NCBI GenBank assembly: GCA_040755995.1
Contig: JBFMAF010000023.1
Location: 256,001 to 320,000, forward strand
Length of the DNA stretch: 64,000 nucleotides
Direction of reading: 5' to 3'
From: Acidobacteriota bacterium
GTDB lineage: Bacteria > Acidobacteriota > CAIWXX01
Numbering within the stretch: the first letter of the stretch is position 1; the number at the start of each line of letters is the position of its first letter. The notes beneath the pieces were generated by a model that was not told where the DNA came from, searched no databases, and was given only the letters and a program-made list of their open reading frames with translations. Below are positions 1-9,483 of this stretch, piece by piece. A program made the translations under genes and the position numbers.

Positions 1-1908
1 AAGCTCGTCGATCCGCGCTCTGGCGGCTCCGAGCTCACCGAGATGTCCTTCCGAGTCATGACGCCTGAATACGCCAGTCCCGAGCAGCTCCGGGGAGACC
101 GTATTACGACGGCCAGCGACGTGTATTCGCTTGGCGTCCTGCTCTACACGCTTCTGACCGGCTGGCGGCCATACGACGTCTCCGATGCCACTCCCGAGAT
201 CGTCATCAGGGCGGTTTGCGAGACCGAGCCGGAGCGGCCGAGTCTGGCCGTAGAGCGGCAGGACGCCTCCGCGAGCGCCGCCGAGGCGCGCGCGACAACG
301 CCGAGCGGCCTGAGGCGCGCGCTCACCGGCGACCTCGACAACATTCTGCGCTTCGCGCTGCGCAAGGAGCCGGAACGCCGGTACCAGTCGGTCGAGCAGC
401 TCTCAGACGATCTCAGGCGGCACCTGAGCGGCCTGCCGGTAAGGGCCCGCCCAGCCACGCTGAGTTATCGTACGGGGAAGTACATCACAAGGCACAAAGC
501 GCTCTTCGCGGCCGGCTCGCTCGTGATCGCCACCCTGGTCGGAGGCCTTGTGTCTACATCATGGCAGGCCAGCGTGGCGCGGCGCGAACGGCAGAGGGCC
601 GAGCGCCGATTCAACGATGTGCGCAAGCTCGCGACCGCGTTCCTCCTCGAGTTCCACGACGCGATCGCGGATCTCGAAGGCGCGACAGCAGCGCGCGCGC
701 TGGTCGTGAAGAAGGCTATCGAATACCTCGACGACCTCGCCACCGAGGCTGGCGATGACGTGTCGCTGCAACGGGAGCTCGCCGCGGCATACTTCCAGGT
801 GGCGGTTATTCAAACCGAGACCGGCACCGGTACAGCCGACGAGTCGGAGGCGATACTCGCCAGTTACAAGAAGGCGCTCGCGATTCTCGAAAGGGTGGTG
901 GAAAGCGGCTCGAAGTCGATCGACGACGTGGCCAAGTTCGCCGATCTGCTTGGCTCGATCTCGAGCTTCCAGTCCCGACAGGGGCGATACGCCGAGGGGA
1001 TCCAGTACGGCAATCGAGCCCTGTCGTATTGCGAGCAGGCGATTGCCGCCCGGCCGGACGACAAGGAGTCCGGCCACGTCATGGCGGCTGTCTACCAGGA
1101 TCTGTCGTACGCGTACGCACAGGCCGGAGACGCGACAAACGCGCTGGCGATGGCCGAGAAGGAGTTGACTCTCTTCGAATCGCTCTCGAAGAAGCACGCT
1201 TCGGACACGCGGTTGACCGCGGGTGTGGCTTTCGGCCATCGAATGGTCGGCGTGGCGCTCAGGGAGCTCGGCCGCCCGGCTGAAGCCGTGGTGCACCACG
1301 AAGCTGCAATCGAGATCGACAAGCGGTTGGCCTCATCGGATCCGACGAATCCACACCTGGCAAGACGGATGTCGCTCGGGCACTCGTATGCGGCTCAATG
1401 CCTGAATGAGATCGGCGATCTGGACCGGGCCTACGTTCACGCGAGGGCCGCGCTCACGCTCCGCGAGACAATGGCGGCATCGGACCAGGGTGGCAGTCGT
1501 CTCAAGCTGCTGGTGGCCGACAGTCGCTGCGTCGAGGCTCAGATACTGGCAGGCCTGGGCCGCGGTCAGGAGGCCCTGGGGGAAGCATCGTTGGCACTCG
1601 AGTGGTTGGAACCCGAGTCAAGGCGTGATCAGGGGGACGTGGAGATCCAGGAAGCTCTTGCCGACGCATACTACAGCATGGCGACAGCTACGGGCGTCAC
1701 TCCGCCGTCAGCCGCGTCGCGGACCGGCAAAAACGATGCGTGCGAGTGGTTCGAGAAGGCGATCGGCGTTTACGATGCGCTCGGTGCGAAAGGTGCTCTC
1801 AGCGTTGCCACCTCAAAGACCCTCGAGAAGGTCAGGAAGAGACGCGATCAGACATGCGGGGCGCCTCGGGATGCGCGATCCGACGCCGTGGATCACCAGG
1901 AGAACTGA
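1..1908 (+). CDS. Ser/Thr protein kinase with TM segment and C-terminal TPR-like region (5'-partial)
   Basis: Kinase C-lobe motifs TPEYASPEQ, SDVYSLG, DLDNI..ALRKEPERRY; hydrophobic segment LFAAGSLVIATLVGGLVS; helical repeats follow. The frame is open back to base 1. Confidence 0.9.
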   Translation, partial: KLVDPRSGGSELTEMSFRVMTPEYASPEQLRGDRITTASDVYSLGVLLYTLLTGWRPYDVSDATPEIVIRAVCETEPERPSLAVERQDASASAAEARATTPSGLRRALTGDLDNILRFALRKEPERRYQSVEQLSDDLRRHLSGLPVRARPATLSYRTGKYITRHKALFAAGSLVIATLVGGLVSTSWQASVARRERQRAERRFNDVRKLATAFLLEFHDAIADLEGATAARALVVKKAIEYLDDLATEAGDDVSLQRELAAAYFQVAVIQTETGTGTADESEAILASYKKALAILERVVESGSKSIDDVAKFADLLGSISSFQSRQGRYAEGIQYGNRALSYCEQAIAARPDDKESGHVMAAVYQDLSYAYAQAGDATNALAMAEKELTLFESLSKKHASDTRLTAGVAFGHRMVGVALRELGRPAEAVVHHEAAIEIDKRLASSDPTNPHLARRMSLGHSYAAQCLNEIGDLDRAYVHARAALTLRETMAASDQGGSRLKLLVADSRCVEAQILAGLGRGQEALGEASLALEWLEPESRRDQGDVEIQEALADAYYSMATATGVTPPSAASRTGKNDACEWFEKAIGVYDALGAKGALSVATSKTLEKVRKRRDQTCGAPRDARSDAVDHQEN

Positions 1909-1989
1909 AAGCCGCCTGGTCTCATTACTCCGACGCCCTTGACCGGGCCAAGAACCACTTGGGGCGGGGCATATGTCGGCACGACGCCG
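1537..1989 (+). repeat. ~453-bp direct repeat, copy 1 (kinase 3' end plus 3' end of a convergent gene)
   Basis: Matches 5014-5466 at a constant offset of 3477 with scattered substitutions. Confidence 0.95.
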
Positions 1990-2682
1990 GATTGACGGAT
2001 AGCTGAGCACAACGAAGGTGTCTCCGTAGACCTCTGCTATCCAGCGCAGGCTGAAATCCTGTGTCGACACAGCCAGCCGATTGGTGCGGGCAAGGAACTC
2101 CAGAAGGAGCGGATCGGTATGCGGTTCCCCGCTGGCGCGTTTGAGTGTCAGAAAGACGCAGCCCTCGTACTGTCGCTTGCCGACGATCGTGAGACGGCTC
2201 CCGGGCGGAACCGGCTCGTACGGAAGGCAGATCTCGGTTGTCAGGTCTCTCGACAACGACTGTTCTCGGGACCGGATCTGCGCAGTGAGATCGGGGACCT
2301 CTCCCAGGTATTCTACTACTCTGCTGAAATCGTCGTTGACCGGCACGTCCGCGAGCTGCCTTGAGAGCGCTTGATATTCCTCGGGGACGAGTGCCACCAC
2401 GTGATCAGGATCGGGAAGGGCGACCAGGATGTGGGCTATGCACGTAACCGGCGCCCGCCACGTATGGAGAACGAGATACCTCCGGCCGCTCGTTGGGATC
2501 GCCTGTACAACCGAAAAGCTCTCGCAGGCTCGATCGGCCGGGTGGCGGAGGCGCACATTGACTCGATCCCCATCTCGCCAGCGGTCGACGATCTCGAGCG
2601 TGAGCCCCGGTTCGGCGTCGAAGCTCAGCGTCCTCAGGAAGATCGTGCAGTCTTCGACGGAAATCGACGGCTGATCACTCAT
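1813..2682 (-). CDS. Hypothetical protein; C-terminus probably reads through into the duplicated segment
   Basis: ORF from ATG 2682 with protein-like composition up to ~1990. The tail is antisense to the kinase and lies inside the repeat. Confidence 0.5.
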   Translation of the reverse strand: MSDQPSISVEDCTIFLRTLSFDAEPGLTLEIVDRWRDGDRVNVRLRHPADRACESFSVVQAIPTSGRRYLVLHTWRAPVTCIAHILVALPDPDHVVALVPEEYQALSRQLADVPVNDDFSRVVEYLGEVPDLTAQIRSREQSLSRDLTTEICLPYEPVPPGSRLTIVGKRQYEGCVFLTLKRASGEPHTDPLLLEFLARTNRLAVSTQDFSLRWIAEVYGDTFVVLSYPSIRRRADICPAPSGSWPGQGRRSNETRRLSVLLVIHGVGSRIPRRPACLIASLPDLLEGL

Positions 2683-2919
2683 GCCTGGCACCGATGCCTG
2701 TCAGGGGCTCGAACGACATGACGACCTCCCATGTGCTCCTCTCGCCCTCTTCCGTCTCGCAGTGAGCTCAGCGTGGAATCGGGCTCATGACGGCGCGAAG
2801 CAGTTGTTCAGAAGTCGTGGCTGACACAAGGCCCGGCGGGAACGCGCGCAGGTGATATCGCCCGGATGGCCCAGTCAGCCGGTAGTTTCCAGTCGAGTCG
2901 GTGATGCTGATCGGAGACA

Positions 2920-3045
2920 GTGAGCTCGGAGAGCTGATAGTAGAGATCGGGCTCGAGCCAGCCGGCTTCGATCACGTTGGCGATGTGAGACGAGTGAGTG
3001 AGCTGACGGCCGGCCTCCGCGTTCAGGCACACCGCGCGGACGCGG
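2920..3045 (-). pseudogene. Kinase-like fragment (inverted paralog of ~7208-7333)
   Basis: DRVRAVCLNAEAGRQLTHSSHIANVIEAGWLEPDLYYQLSE vs DRIGAVCLNAEAGRRLTHSPHIANVIETGWLEPNRYYQISE; loosely resembles kinase subdomains III-V. Confidence 0.45.
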
Positions 3046-3326
3046 TCGCAACAAAGGCACCCAGGATGACATTGATGTCAGAGAACCCATCGCCCGGTGG
3101 AACAGCGAAGAGTGTTGGCAATGCGATGGCGGCGCATCTGCCAGTGGAAGTAGCATTGCCTACTACTTTAGTAGTAGGGCACCCGGCGTTGGTGATCGCG
3201 CGCCGAAGTGCGATTATGACGGCTTCGGTACGGCCTCGCGCTCCGAGCTCCCACAGCCCGCACCTGTGAAAGCGGAAGGGTCTATCGACACCAGGGACCG
3301 CCACGGCCCCCAGTGTCGCATCATGC

Positions 3327-4496
3327 TCAATCATTGTCGACAATGGTCCCGACTGCTGTCAGATCTGGCGCAGTCAAGCCTCTCGGGCTGCTGAGCCGTA
3401 TCTGAAAAATCTCGTTCGGTTCGTCTGCAGTGTCCTTGCAAATCATTACCGAGATCGTCTTGGATCTTTCGCCGGGCTGGAATGTGACTGTGCCACTGCT
3501 GCCTGAGTAGTCACCGTTATAGCATATGCCGATTCTCAAAGAGGAGGTTGCAGTTCCACTGACGCAAGCGTAATCGATCGAGCAGCCGTTGTGATTGGAG
3601 TCGGAGAGCGACAGTGTAAAGACCGCAGTGCTGTACAATATCCCTATTCGATCGCTCGGCTCGGTGACAGACACGTCGCCTATCGAGAGGACCGGGACCA
3701 CCGGCTCGTCGTTGATGATGATGTGCAGACCCGATAGTGAGCCGGGTTGAATGGTTGCGTTGACTGCATTGGACAAGACAACCCTGAACTGCTCGTTGGA
3801 TTCGCTCCATGTGTCGCCGCAGACAGGGACGTTGATCGTTTGCGAGGAAACACCAGGCGCGAACCTCAAGGTTCCGTTCGTATTTACGTAATCCACACCA
3901 GCGCCGCAGGATGCACCTCCAGTGGCGGTATCATTGCTGGTTGCGTAGACCACGGAGACTTCTCGCCCACTCGGAGGGGCGAGAGTTACGGTGAAGGTCG
4001 AGTTAGTCTGCCCGGAATTGCCCTCGTTCCGGTTGACACCGCCGATGCTGAGGGACGGAGGAGGATCGTCGTCGAGAATCGTTGCCTGCCCCTGTGGGTC
4101 TGCGATCGAGGCCCCGCTGGGTGAGCTGAGGTAGACCGTGAAGGTTTCATCTGCTTCGTCCAGCGTGTCCCCGCAGACTGCGATCGCAATCGTCTTGGTT
4201 ATCTCTCCGGTGGAGAAGGTAAGGCTGCTGCTCATGCGGAGGTAGTCGCAACTGCCGCTGCACGAGTTCCCGCCCTCCGTTGCCGTGCCGCCCGACGTGC
4301 TGAACATCACGGATGAGCTCGTACTGGATTCGGAGCGGATCACCGAGAAGGTCGCGACCGTGGTGCCGCCGTTCCCTTCGGATACCGTCACATCATTTAT
4401 GCCAATCTGTGGATAGGCAAGAGCCGCCACTGGCAGATGCACCAGCAAGAACGACACGAAAGAGACGATCAGTTTGCCGCAGGTCTTAGCTCCCAT
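3327..4496 (-). CDS. Secreted protein with three Calx-beta domains
   Basis: Signal peptide; repeated I.DV.V.EG...F.V...DY...GTL.F.PGE..KTI.V.VCGD...E.NE.F...ATI.DDD; GAGGAG RBS before ATG 4496. Confidence 0.88.
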   Translation of the reverse strand: MGAKTCGKLIVSFVSFLLVHLPVAALAYPQIGINDVTVSEGNGGTTVATFSVIRSESSTSSSVMFSTSGGTATEGGNSCSGSCDYLRMSSSLTFSTGEITKTIAIAVCGDTLDEADETFTVYLSSPSGASIADPQGQATILDDDPPPSLSIGGVNRNEGNSGQTNSTFTVTLAPPSGREVSVVYATSNDTATGGASCGAGVDYVNTNGTLRFAPGVSSQTINVPVCGDTWSESNEQFRVVLSNAVNATIQPGSLSGLHIIINDEPVVPVLSIGDVSVTEPSDRIGILYSTAVFTLSLSDSNHNGCSIDYACVSGTATSSLRIGICYNGDYSGSSGTVTFQPGERSKTISVMICKDTADEPNEIFQIRLSSPRGLTAPDLTAVGTIVDND

Positions 4497-4553
4497 TTTC
4501 TTCACTCCTCGTATGTCAAGAATCTAGTGGATCTCGTCCGGTGTGTAGTCAGA

Positions 4554-4889
4554 TCAGATCTGAACGCTGATCGTCTTCGAGCGTTCGCTGGGGGAGAACA
4601 CGAGGGTTCCCCGCGTCCCGATGTAATCGCTGCCGCTGCCGCGCGCGCCGGAACCCTTGATTGTCTGACCCTGTGGACCGGCGGGCACGGTCAAGTACTC
4701 AACCGTGGATGTTCTCCCGGTTTCGGAGCGGGTGAGCGTGAACGTCGCGGTGGTGCTGCTGATATTCCCTTCCTGCACCGTGATGTCGCTGGCCGTGATG
4801 ACCGGCTCTGCTGAGGCCGGGCTCGGCATACACAATAGCAGATACGTTGCAAACGTGACGGGAATCCTTCCGAGCGGAATGCTTCGCAT
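4554..4889 (-). pseudogene. Truncated Calx-beta protein (paralog of 7467-8648)
   Basis: Collinear with the 7467 gene up to VQI, where the paralog's TGC is TGA here; homology (DYT) continues a few codons past the stop. Confidence 0.85.
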
Positions 4890-5013
4890 GTCTTTGCCTC
4901 CTCTGGGCTCGTGGTTCAACCTCATCATCCCCTGACGCGGAAACCGGCGGGAGATGGGGCCAGCGGCGGCCCGAGTCGGGCAGATTTGCGGCGTTCCCAC
5001 CGCGGGTTCCTGC

Positions 5014-5385
5014 GCTCAGATCCTGGCAGGCCTGGGCCGCGGTCAGGAGGCTCTGCGGGAAGCATCGTCAGCTCTCGAATGGCTGGAACCCGAGTCGAGG
5101 CGTGATGAGGGGGACGTGGAGATCCAGGAAATTCTTGCCGACGCATACTACAGCATGGCGACAGCTACGGGCGTTGCTCCGCCGTCAGCCGCGCCGCGGA
5201 CCGGCAGGAACGATGGGTGCGAGTGGTTCGAGAAGGCGATCGGCGTTTACGATGCGCTCGGTGCGAAAAGTGCTCTCAGCGTTGCCACCTCAAAGACCCT
5301 CGAGAAGGTCAGGAAGAGACGCGATCAGACATGCGGGGCGCCTCGGGATGCGCGATCCGGCAGCGTGGATCACCAGGAGAACTGA
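5014..5385 (+). pseudogene. Duplicated 3' end of the Ser/Thr kinase gene
   Basis: AQILAGLGRGQEAL...DHQEN nearly identical to the C-terminus of 1-1908; no kinase N-terminus upstream. Confidence 0.9.
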
Positions 5386-5466
5386 AAGCCGCCTGGTCTC
5401 ATTACTCCGACGCCCTTGACCGGGCCGAGAACCACCTGGGGCGGCGCATATGACGGCACGACGCCG
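5014..5466 (+). repeat. ~453-bp direct repeat, copy 2
   Basis: See 1537-1989. Confidence 0.95.
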
Positions 5467-6395
5467 CTTCCGATGACGTTTGTGACAGTGCCCGCAACCA
5501 GCATCGTCGTGAACTTCGAGGCGAACCATGCGCTGAATGTGTCGATCCGCTGAGAGCCCTCCGGCCAGTCCTTGGCGGCGCCGATCCTGGACTTGATCCT
5601 TGCGGCGATCATTCCAGCCGATAGGTCGCCGGCGCTTTGCGTGAGGCTCGCGAGCGGTGTGGGCAGGTTCGGCGTGGGCGGGGCGGAGGCTCCCGGAAAG
5701 GCGGCGAAGGCCGGGTACCACGCCAGTCCGGGCACGCGCACTGACGCCTGCCATTGCTCCCAGCCTTCGCGCAGGGCGAGCGCGAAGCCGCGTGAGACGT
5801 CTGCCGGGGTCCCCGCGCGCATCATCGATTCGGACACGAGCGATTCCGGGAACGTGCCGGCCACCCGCCCTCCCCATGCCATCGCTCCGTCGATTCGCAC
5901 ATCCACCAGCACAGCCGCACCCTTCCACAGATTCACGGCGCTGCTACTGCCCTCCATGGCGGACTGTGCCCAGCCGCTCCAGTCCGCAAATGCCTTGGCC
6001 GTGACAGGCGTCCGGTTGTCGCTGCGTTCGATCGCGGTCACCTCGAGCAGGCTGTTCGGATCGACCTCGGCATGGAACGTGTGCTGTCCGGCCAGAGCGG
6101 TCCACGAGGCAAACACCTCGAGTGCCGTCCCTGCAGTGACGCCTGTCTTGGTATCAGATTTCACTAGCGCCAGGTTGTCCGCGTAGATCACCCACATCAC
6201 ATCCCGCACGCCGCTGCCCTTCGTTTCGATCTTGAGGCTCAGCTTCTGACTGTCGCCCGGCTTCGTGCCGCCGCTTATCGTGAGCCCCTTGGCGGCCACC
6301 GTGAACGAGCTGGCGGCACCGCACGAGGCGGCCGCTGCCAGCATCACGAGCACCGCGGAGATCGTGGTAGTGCCTCCAATACAACTTCTGTTCAA
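5370..6395 (-). CDS. Secreted protein: CARDB-like domain plus Pro/Ala-rich C-terminal domain of unknown function
   Basis: AAAGGAG RBS before TTG 6395; hydrophobic leader; WTALAGQHTFHAEVDPNS..E...SDN CARDB-like motif; C-terminal WYPAFAAFPG..APPTPN and GVVPSYAPPQVVLGPV. Confidence 0.7.
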   Translation of the reverse strand: MNRSCIGGTTTISAVLVMLAAAASCGAASSFTVAAKGLTISGGTKPGDSQKLSLKIETKGSGVRDVMWVIYADNLALVKSDTKTGVTAGTALEVFASWTALAGQHTFHAEVDPNSLLEVTAIERSDNRTPVTAKAFADWSGWAQSAMEGSSSAVNLWKGAAVLVDVRIDGAMAWGGRVAGTFPESLVSESMMRAGTPADVSRGFALALREGWEQWQASVRVPGLAWYPAFAAFPGASAPPTPNLPTPLASLTQSAGDLSAGMIAARIKSRIGAAKDWPEGSQRIDTFSAWFASKFTTMLVAGTVTNVIGSGVVPSYAPPQVVLGPVKGVGVMRPGGFQFSW

Positions 6396-6856
6396 GCGAA
6401 GCTCCTTTCCGTATCGAGCGCAAGCGAGTCGATCCCTCCGGTCCGGCCGTCGCCTCCGCGCCACCCTGCCTGCTTCATGACGCGGATTCAACGCGGAAAC
6501 GGGGCCGCTGTGAGCGAGTGCCGCCTCCAGGATGGCCGCCGTTTAGGAGGGGAAATGATAGGGAGGATGATCTGGAAAATCAGACTGTGCCCTGAGGTCA
6601 TGTGGACTGTGATGCTTGGCGCCCTGGCGACGCTGATCATGATGGAACATGGCCGGGCTGAGGAGCGGCCAGGCGGCGCCGATGGCGCCACGCTGTCAGC
6701 AGCCGTCACCGACGCGTGCGCATGCCTCGCGTAAGGCGCGCGGATCGAGGCTTCGAGGAGCCGTCTTGAAAACGATTCCAGCCGATCCATATACTCTAGT
6801 TGGGTACCCAGATGTCGAAAGTGGGCGATCCAGCTGCCCAGGGAATCAACGCGCCG

Positions 6857-7081
6857 ATGAAAGGCCGCATCGTCTCCCACTTCGAGGTCCTCGACCAACT
6901 CGGGCGCGGCGGCATCGGGGTCATCTATCGGGCTCGCGATCTCACCCTTGATCGCGAGGTCGCTCTGAAGTTCCTTCCTCCACACACCGCAGAAAGTGCG
7001 GAAGAGCGACAGCGACTACTGCGCGAGGCGCGCACCGCATCGCGACTGGATCATCCCAATGTGTGCACGATCTACGAGACT
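6857..7081 (+). pseudogene. Ser/Thr kinase N-lobe fragment
   Basis: LGRGGIGVIYRARD..LDREVALK..REARTASRLDHPNVCTIYE, then similarity stops abruptly. Confidence 0.88.
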
Positions 7082-7466
7082 CCTCACCGAAGTCGCCGCG
7101 AGAGGGTCTCCTGCCGCGGCATCCTCATGCGAGCGCTCGCCATAGTCTCGTTCACGACCCCTGCCGTGTGCGGACTCTCGGCTCGATCTGGTCGTTGCCC
7201 GCGGCGATCGCATCGGCGCTGTGTGCCTGAACGCCGAGGCAGGCCGGCGCCTCACTCACTCGCCCCACATCGCTAACGTGATCGAGACCGGTTGGCTCGA
7301 GCCGAACCGCTACTACCAAATCTCTGAGATCACCCCCTCAGCGCAGGGAGTCGCGGTGGGAACGGCCGTAAATCTGCCCGGCTCGGGCCGCCGCTGGCCC
7401 CATCTCCCGCCGATTTCCGCGTCAGGGGATGATGGGGTGAACCACGAGCCCACAGGAGGTAAAGAC

Positions 7467-8648
7467 ATGCAAAGCATTCCGTCCGGAAGGATTCTCGTCA
7501 CGTTCGGAACGTATCTGCTGCTGTGTATTCCGAGACCAGCCACAGCACAGCCGGTCATCACAGTAAACGACATCAGCGTACAGGAAGGGAATACCGGCAC
7601 CACCACGGCGACGTTCACGTTCGTCCGCTCCTACACCGGGCAGACCTCCTCGGTTGCGTACGCGACCCAACCCCTCCGCACTTCGCTGATGGATACCGTC
7701 GAGGGTTCCGGCGCGTGCGGGGGCGGCAGCGATTACATCGGCGCGCGGGGAACCGTCTCGTTCACCTCGAGCGAACGCTCGAAGACCGTCAACGTTCAGA
7801 TCTGCCCGGACTACACGGTGGAAAGCCACAACGAGATGTTCCTTCTCACCCTGAGCTCTCACACGGGAGCCAAGCGCGGCACCCTCTATGCGAAATGCAC
7901 AATCGTGGACGATGACAGATTGCCGTACGTCACCATCGAGGATTATGGACGCCTCGAAGGCAGCTCCAGTTCGTCCGCTTTCTGGTTCCCAATAACGCTC
8001 GAGAAGAGCAGCACGCAGCGGGTAACCGTCTGGTTCGACGTGCGGTCGGTAACCGACCTTCCGCATGGGACGCCCGACACGGCCACTGCTGGAACATCAT
8101 GCGGAGGATCCACGGACTACTGGGGTGCCACTGGCCGGTCAATCGTCTTCAGCCCTGGGGAGACACGGAAGTCCATCGACGTAAACGTCTGCGGCGATAC
8201 GACGATCGAGCCGGAGGAGACGTTCAGCGTCGTGTTGACGCGGGCCGAGGGCGCCATCCCGCGAGGCACTGGGCGCGGGACAATCTACAACGATGACCTG
8301 CCAGTCCTGTCAGTCCTAGACTTCAACGTGAATGAAGGCGGCACCGCCTATTGCCAATTGAGACTCTCTTCCACCAATCACCACGGCTGCTATGTCGACT
8401 ACCGAGTCATTCAAGGAACTGCCTACCCCTCGGACATGTACCAGGCGTGTTCGAATGCGAGTGATGTCTGGAACAAAAGCGGAACTGCCAGCTTCAGTGA
8501 CGGCACAGATTACATCATGATCGAAATACCCACCTGCGGGGATACGGTTCGCGAGGGAAACGAAACATTCCAGATTCATTTCACCAACCCAAGAGGACTA
8601 TCAGTGCCAGACACTTTGGCGGTCGGCACGATCATCGACAACGACTGA
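7467..8648 (+). CDS. Secreted protein with three Calx-beta domains
   Basis: AGGAGGT RBS before ATG 7467; signal peptide; three Calx-beta repeats ending AVGTIIDND. Confidence 0.88.
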   Translation: MQSIPSGRILVTFGTYLLLCIPRPATAQPVITVNDISVQEGNTGTTTATFTFVRSYTGQTSSVAYATQPLRTSLMDTVEGSGACGGGSDYIGARGTVSFTSSERSKTVNVQICPDYTVESHNEMFLLTLSSHTGAKRGTLYAKCTIVDDDRLPYVTIEDYGRLEGSSSSSAFWFPITLEKSSTQRVTVWFDVRSVTDLPHGTPDTATAGTSCGGSTDYWGATGRSIVFSPGETRKSIDVNVCGDTTIEPEETFSVVLTRAEGAIPRGTGRGTIYNDDLPVLSVLDFNVNEGGTAYCQLRLSSTNHHGCYVDYRVIQGTAYPSDMYQACSNASDVWNKSGTASFSDGTDYIMIEIPTCGDTVREGNETFQIHFTNPRGLSVPDTLAVGTIIDND

Positions 8649-8669
8649 ATCCACTGGCATTAGAACGTA

Positions 8670-8700
8670 CTCGGCGGGGAAAGATCGAATCCCCGCCGAG
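8670..8700 (+). terminator. 11-bp GC-rich hairpin after the Calx-beta gene
   Basis: CTCGGCGGGGA-N9-TCCCCGCCGAG; no U-tract, so a terminator role is uncertain. Confidence 0.4.
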
Positions 8701-9483
8701 CAATGCATGCCGATTGCCGGGTGAACCGGGGCCGGCAGGCCAACACCTCAAGCGTGACGACGGCCGGACTTGATCGTGCTGGTTCGAGTAGCGACTGATT
8801 GGTTCGACGTGCCTCTCCGAAGCTCGCTCCCGCTGTGATGGAGCGTCCGGGAGGAACGGGAACCGCGATGCACCGTACTTTCCATTCATGACCATCGCGA
8901 AGGTCGCCTTTCCATCGCGCGAGGGTTGGCTCACGGGTGTGCTCGCCATGCCGGTGTTCTCCAAGCCGGACGATCACCATCGGACTCAGACTCGAGCTCG
9001 TCGGCTTGGCCCCGCGCGCACTCGAATCCCGCGTCAGTGAATGAGGGGCGGAACCAGAAGACCGTCAGCTCGTCGACCACAGTGACGATCACCGCCGGAC
9101 CGGGATCCGGCTCGAAGAGTGCAACCATCGTCGTCCGGCATTAGCAGGCTTCCCGGGCCGCCGAGACAGCGCATTGTCGGCGACATTGCTGAGTGGCAGT
9201 ACATCGAGAGCAACGATTGCAGGCGTTTGACCTTCCACCACCCCCAGCATGTGCTCCCAATTGGAACGGGATCAGTCTGAGGGCGCGACGGAGTCTCATC
9301 AGCACGGCGATATCACGAAAGGGGCCGCTGCGTGCGGCCACCGCATCGAGGGTGGCCGCGGTTAGGATGCCAGGCGGAACCATGTTGGACCGTAGATGGG
9401 TTCAGTCGCCGGTGGTCGGCACCTGGCCCCCTTTTCTCCCTCCTTGCGCGTCTTTCAATGTGGGGCGAACCCAGGAGGACAAA

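Noticed and set aside
7221..7466. N-terminal extension of the Calx-beta ORF
   Set aside because: It consists of a kinase-like fragment and promoter DNA; the RBS and signal peptide point to ATG 7467.
1537..8648. Diversity-generating retroelement or shufflon
   Set aside because: No reverse transcriptase or recombinase in the window; differences between copies are not confined to adenines.
8926..9144. Small ORF ending TVSSSTTVTITAGPGSGSKSATIVV
   Set aside because: May be a remnant of an Ig-like repeat, but too short and unsupported to call.
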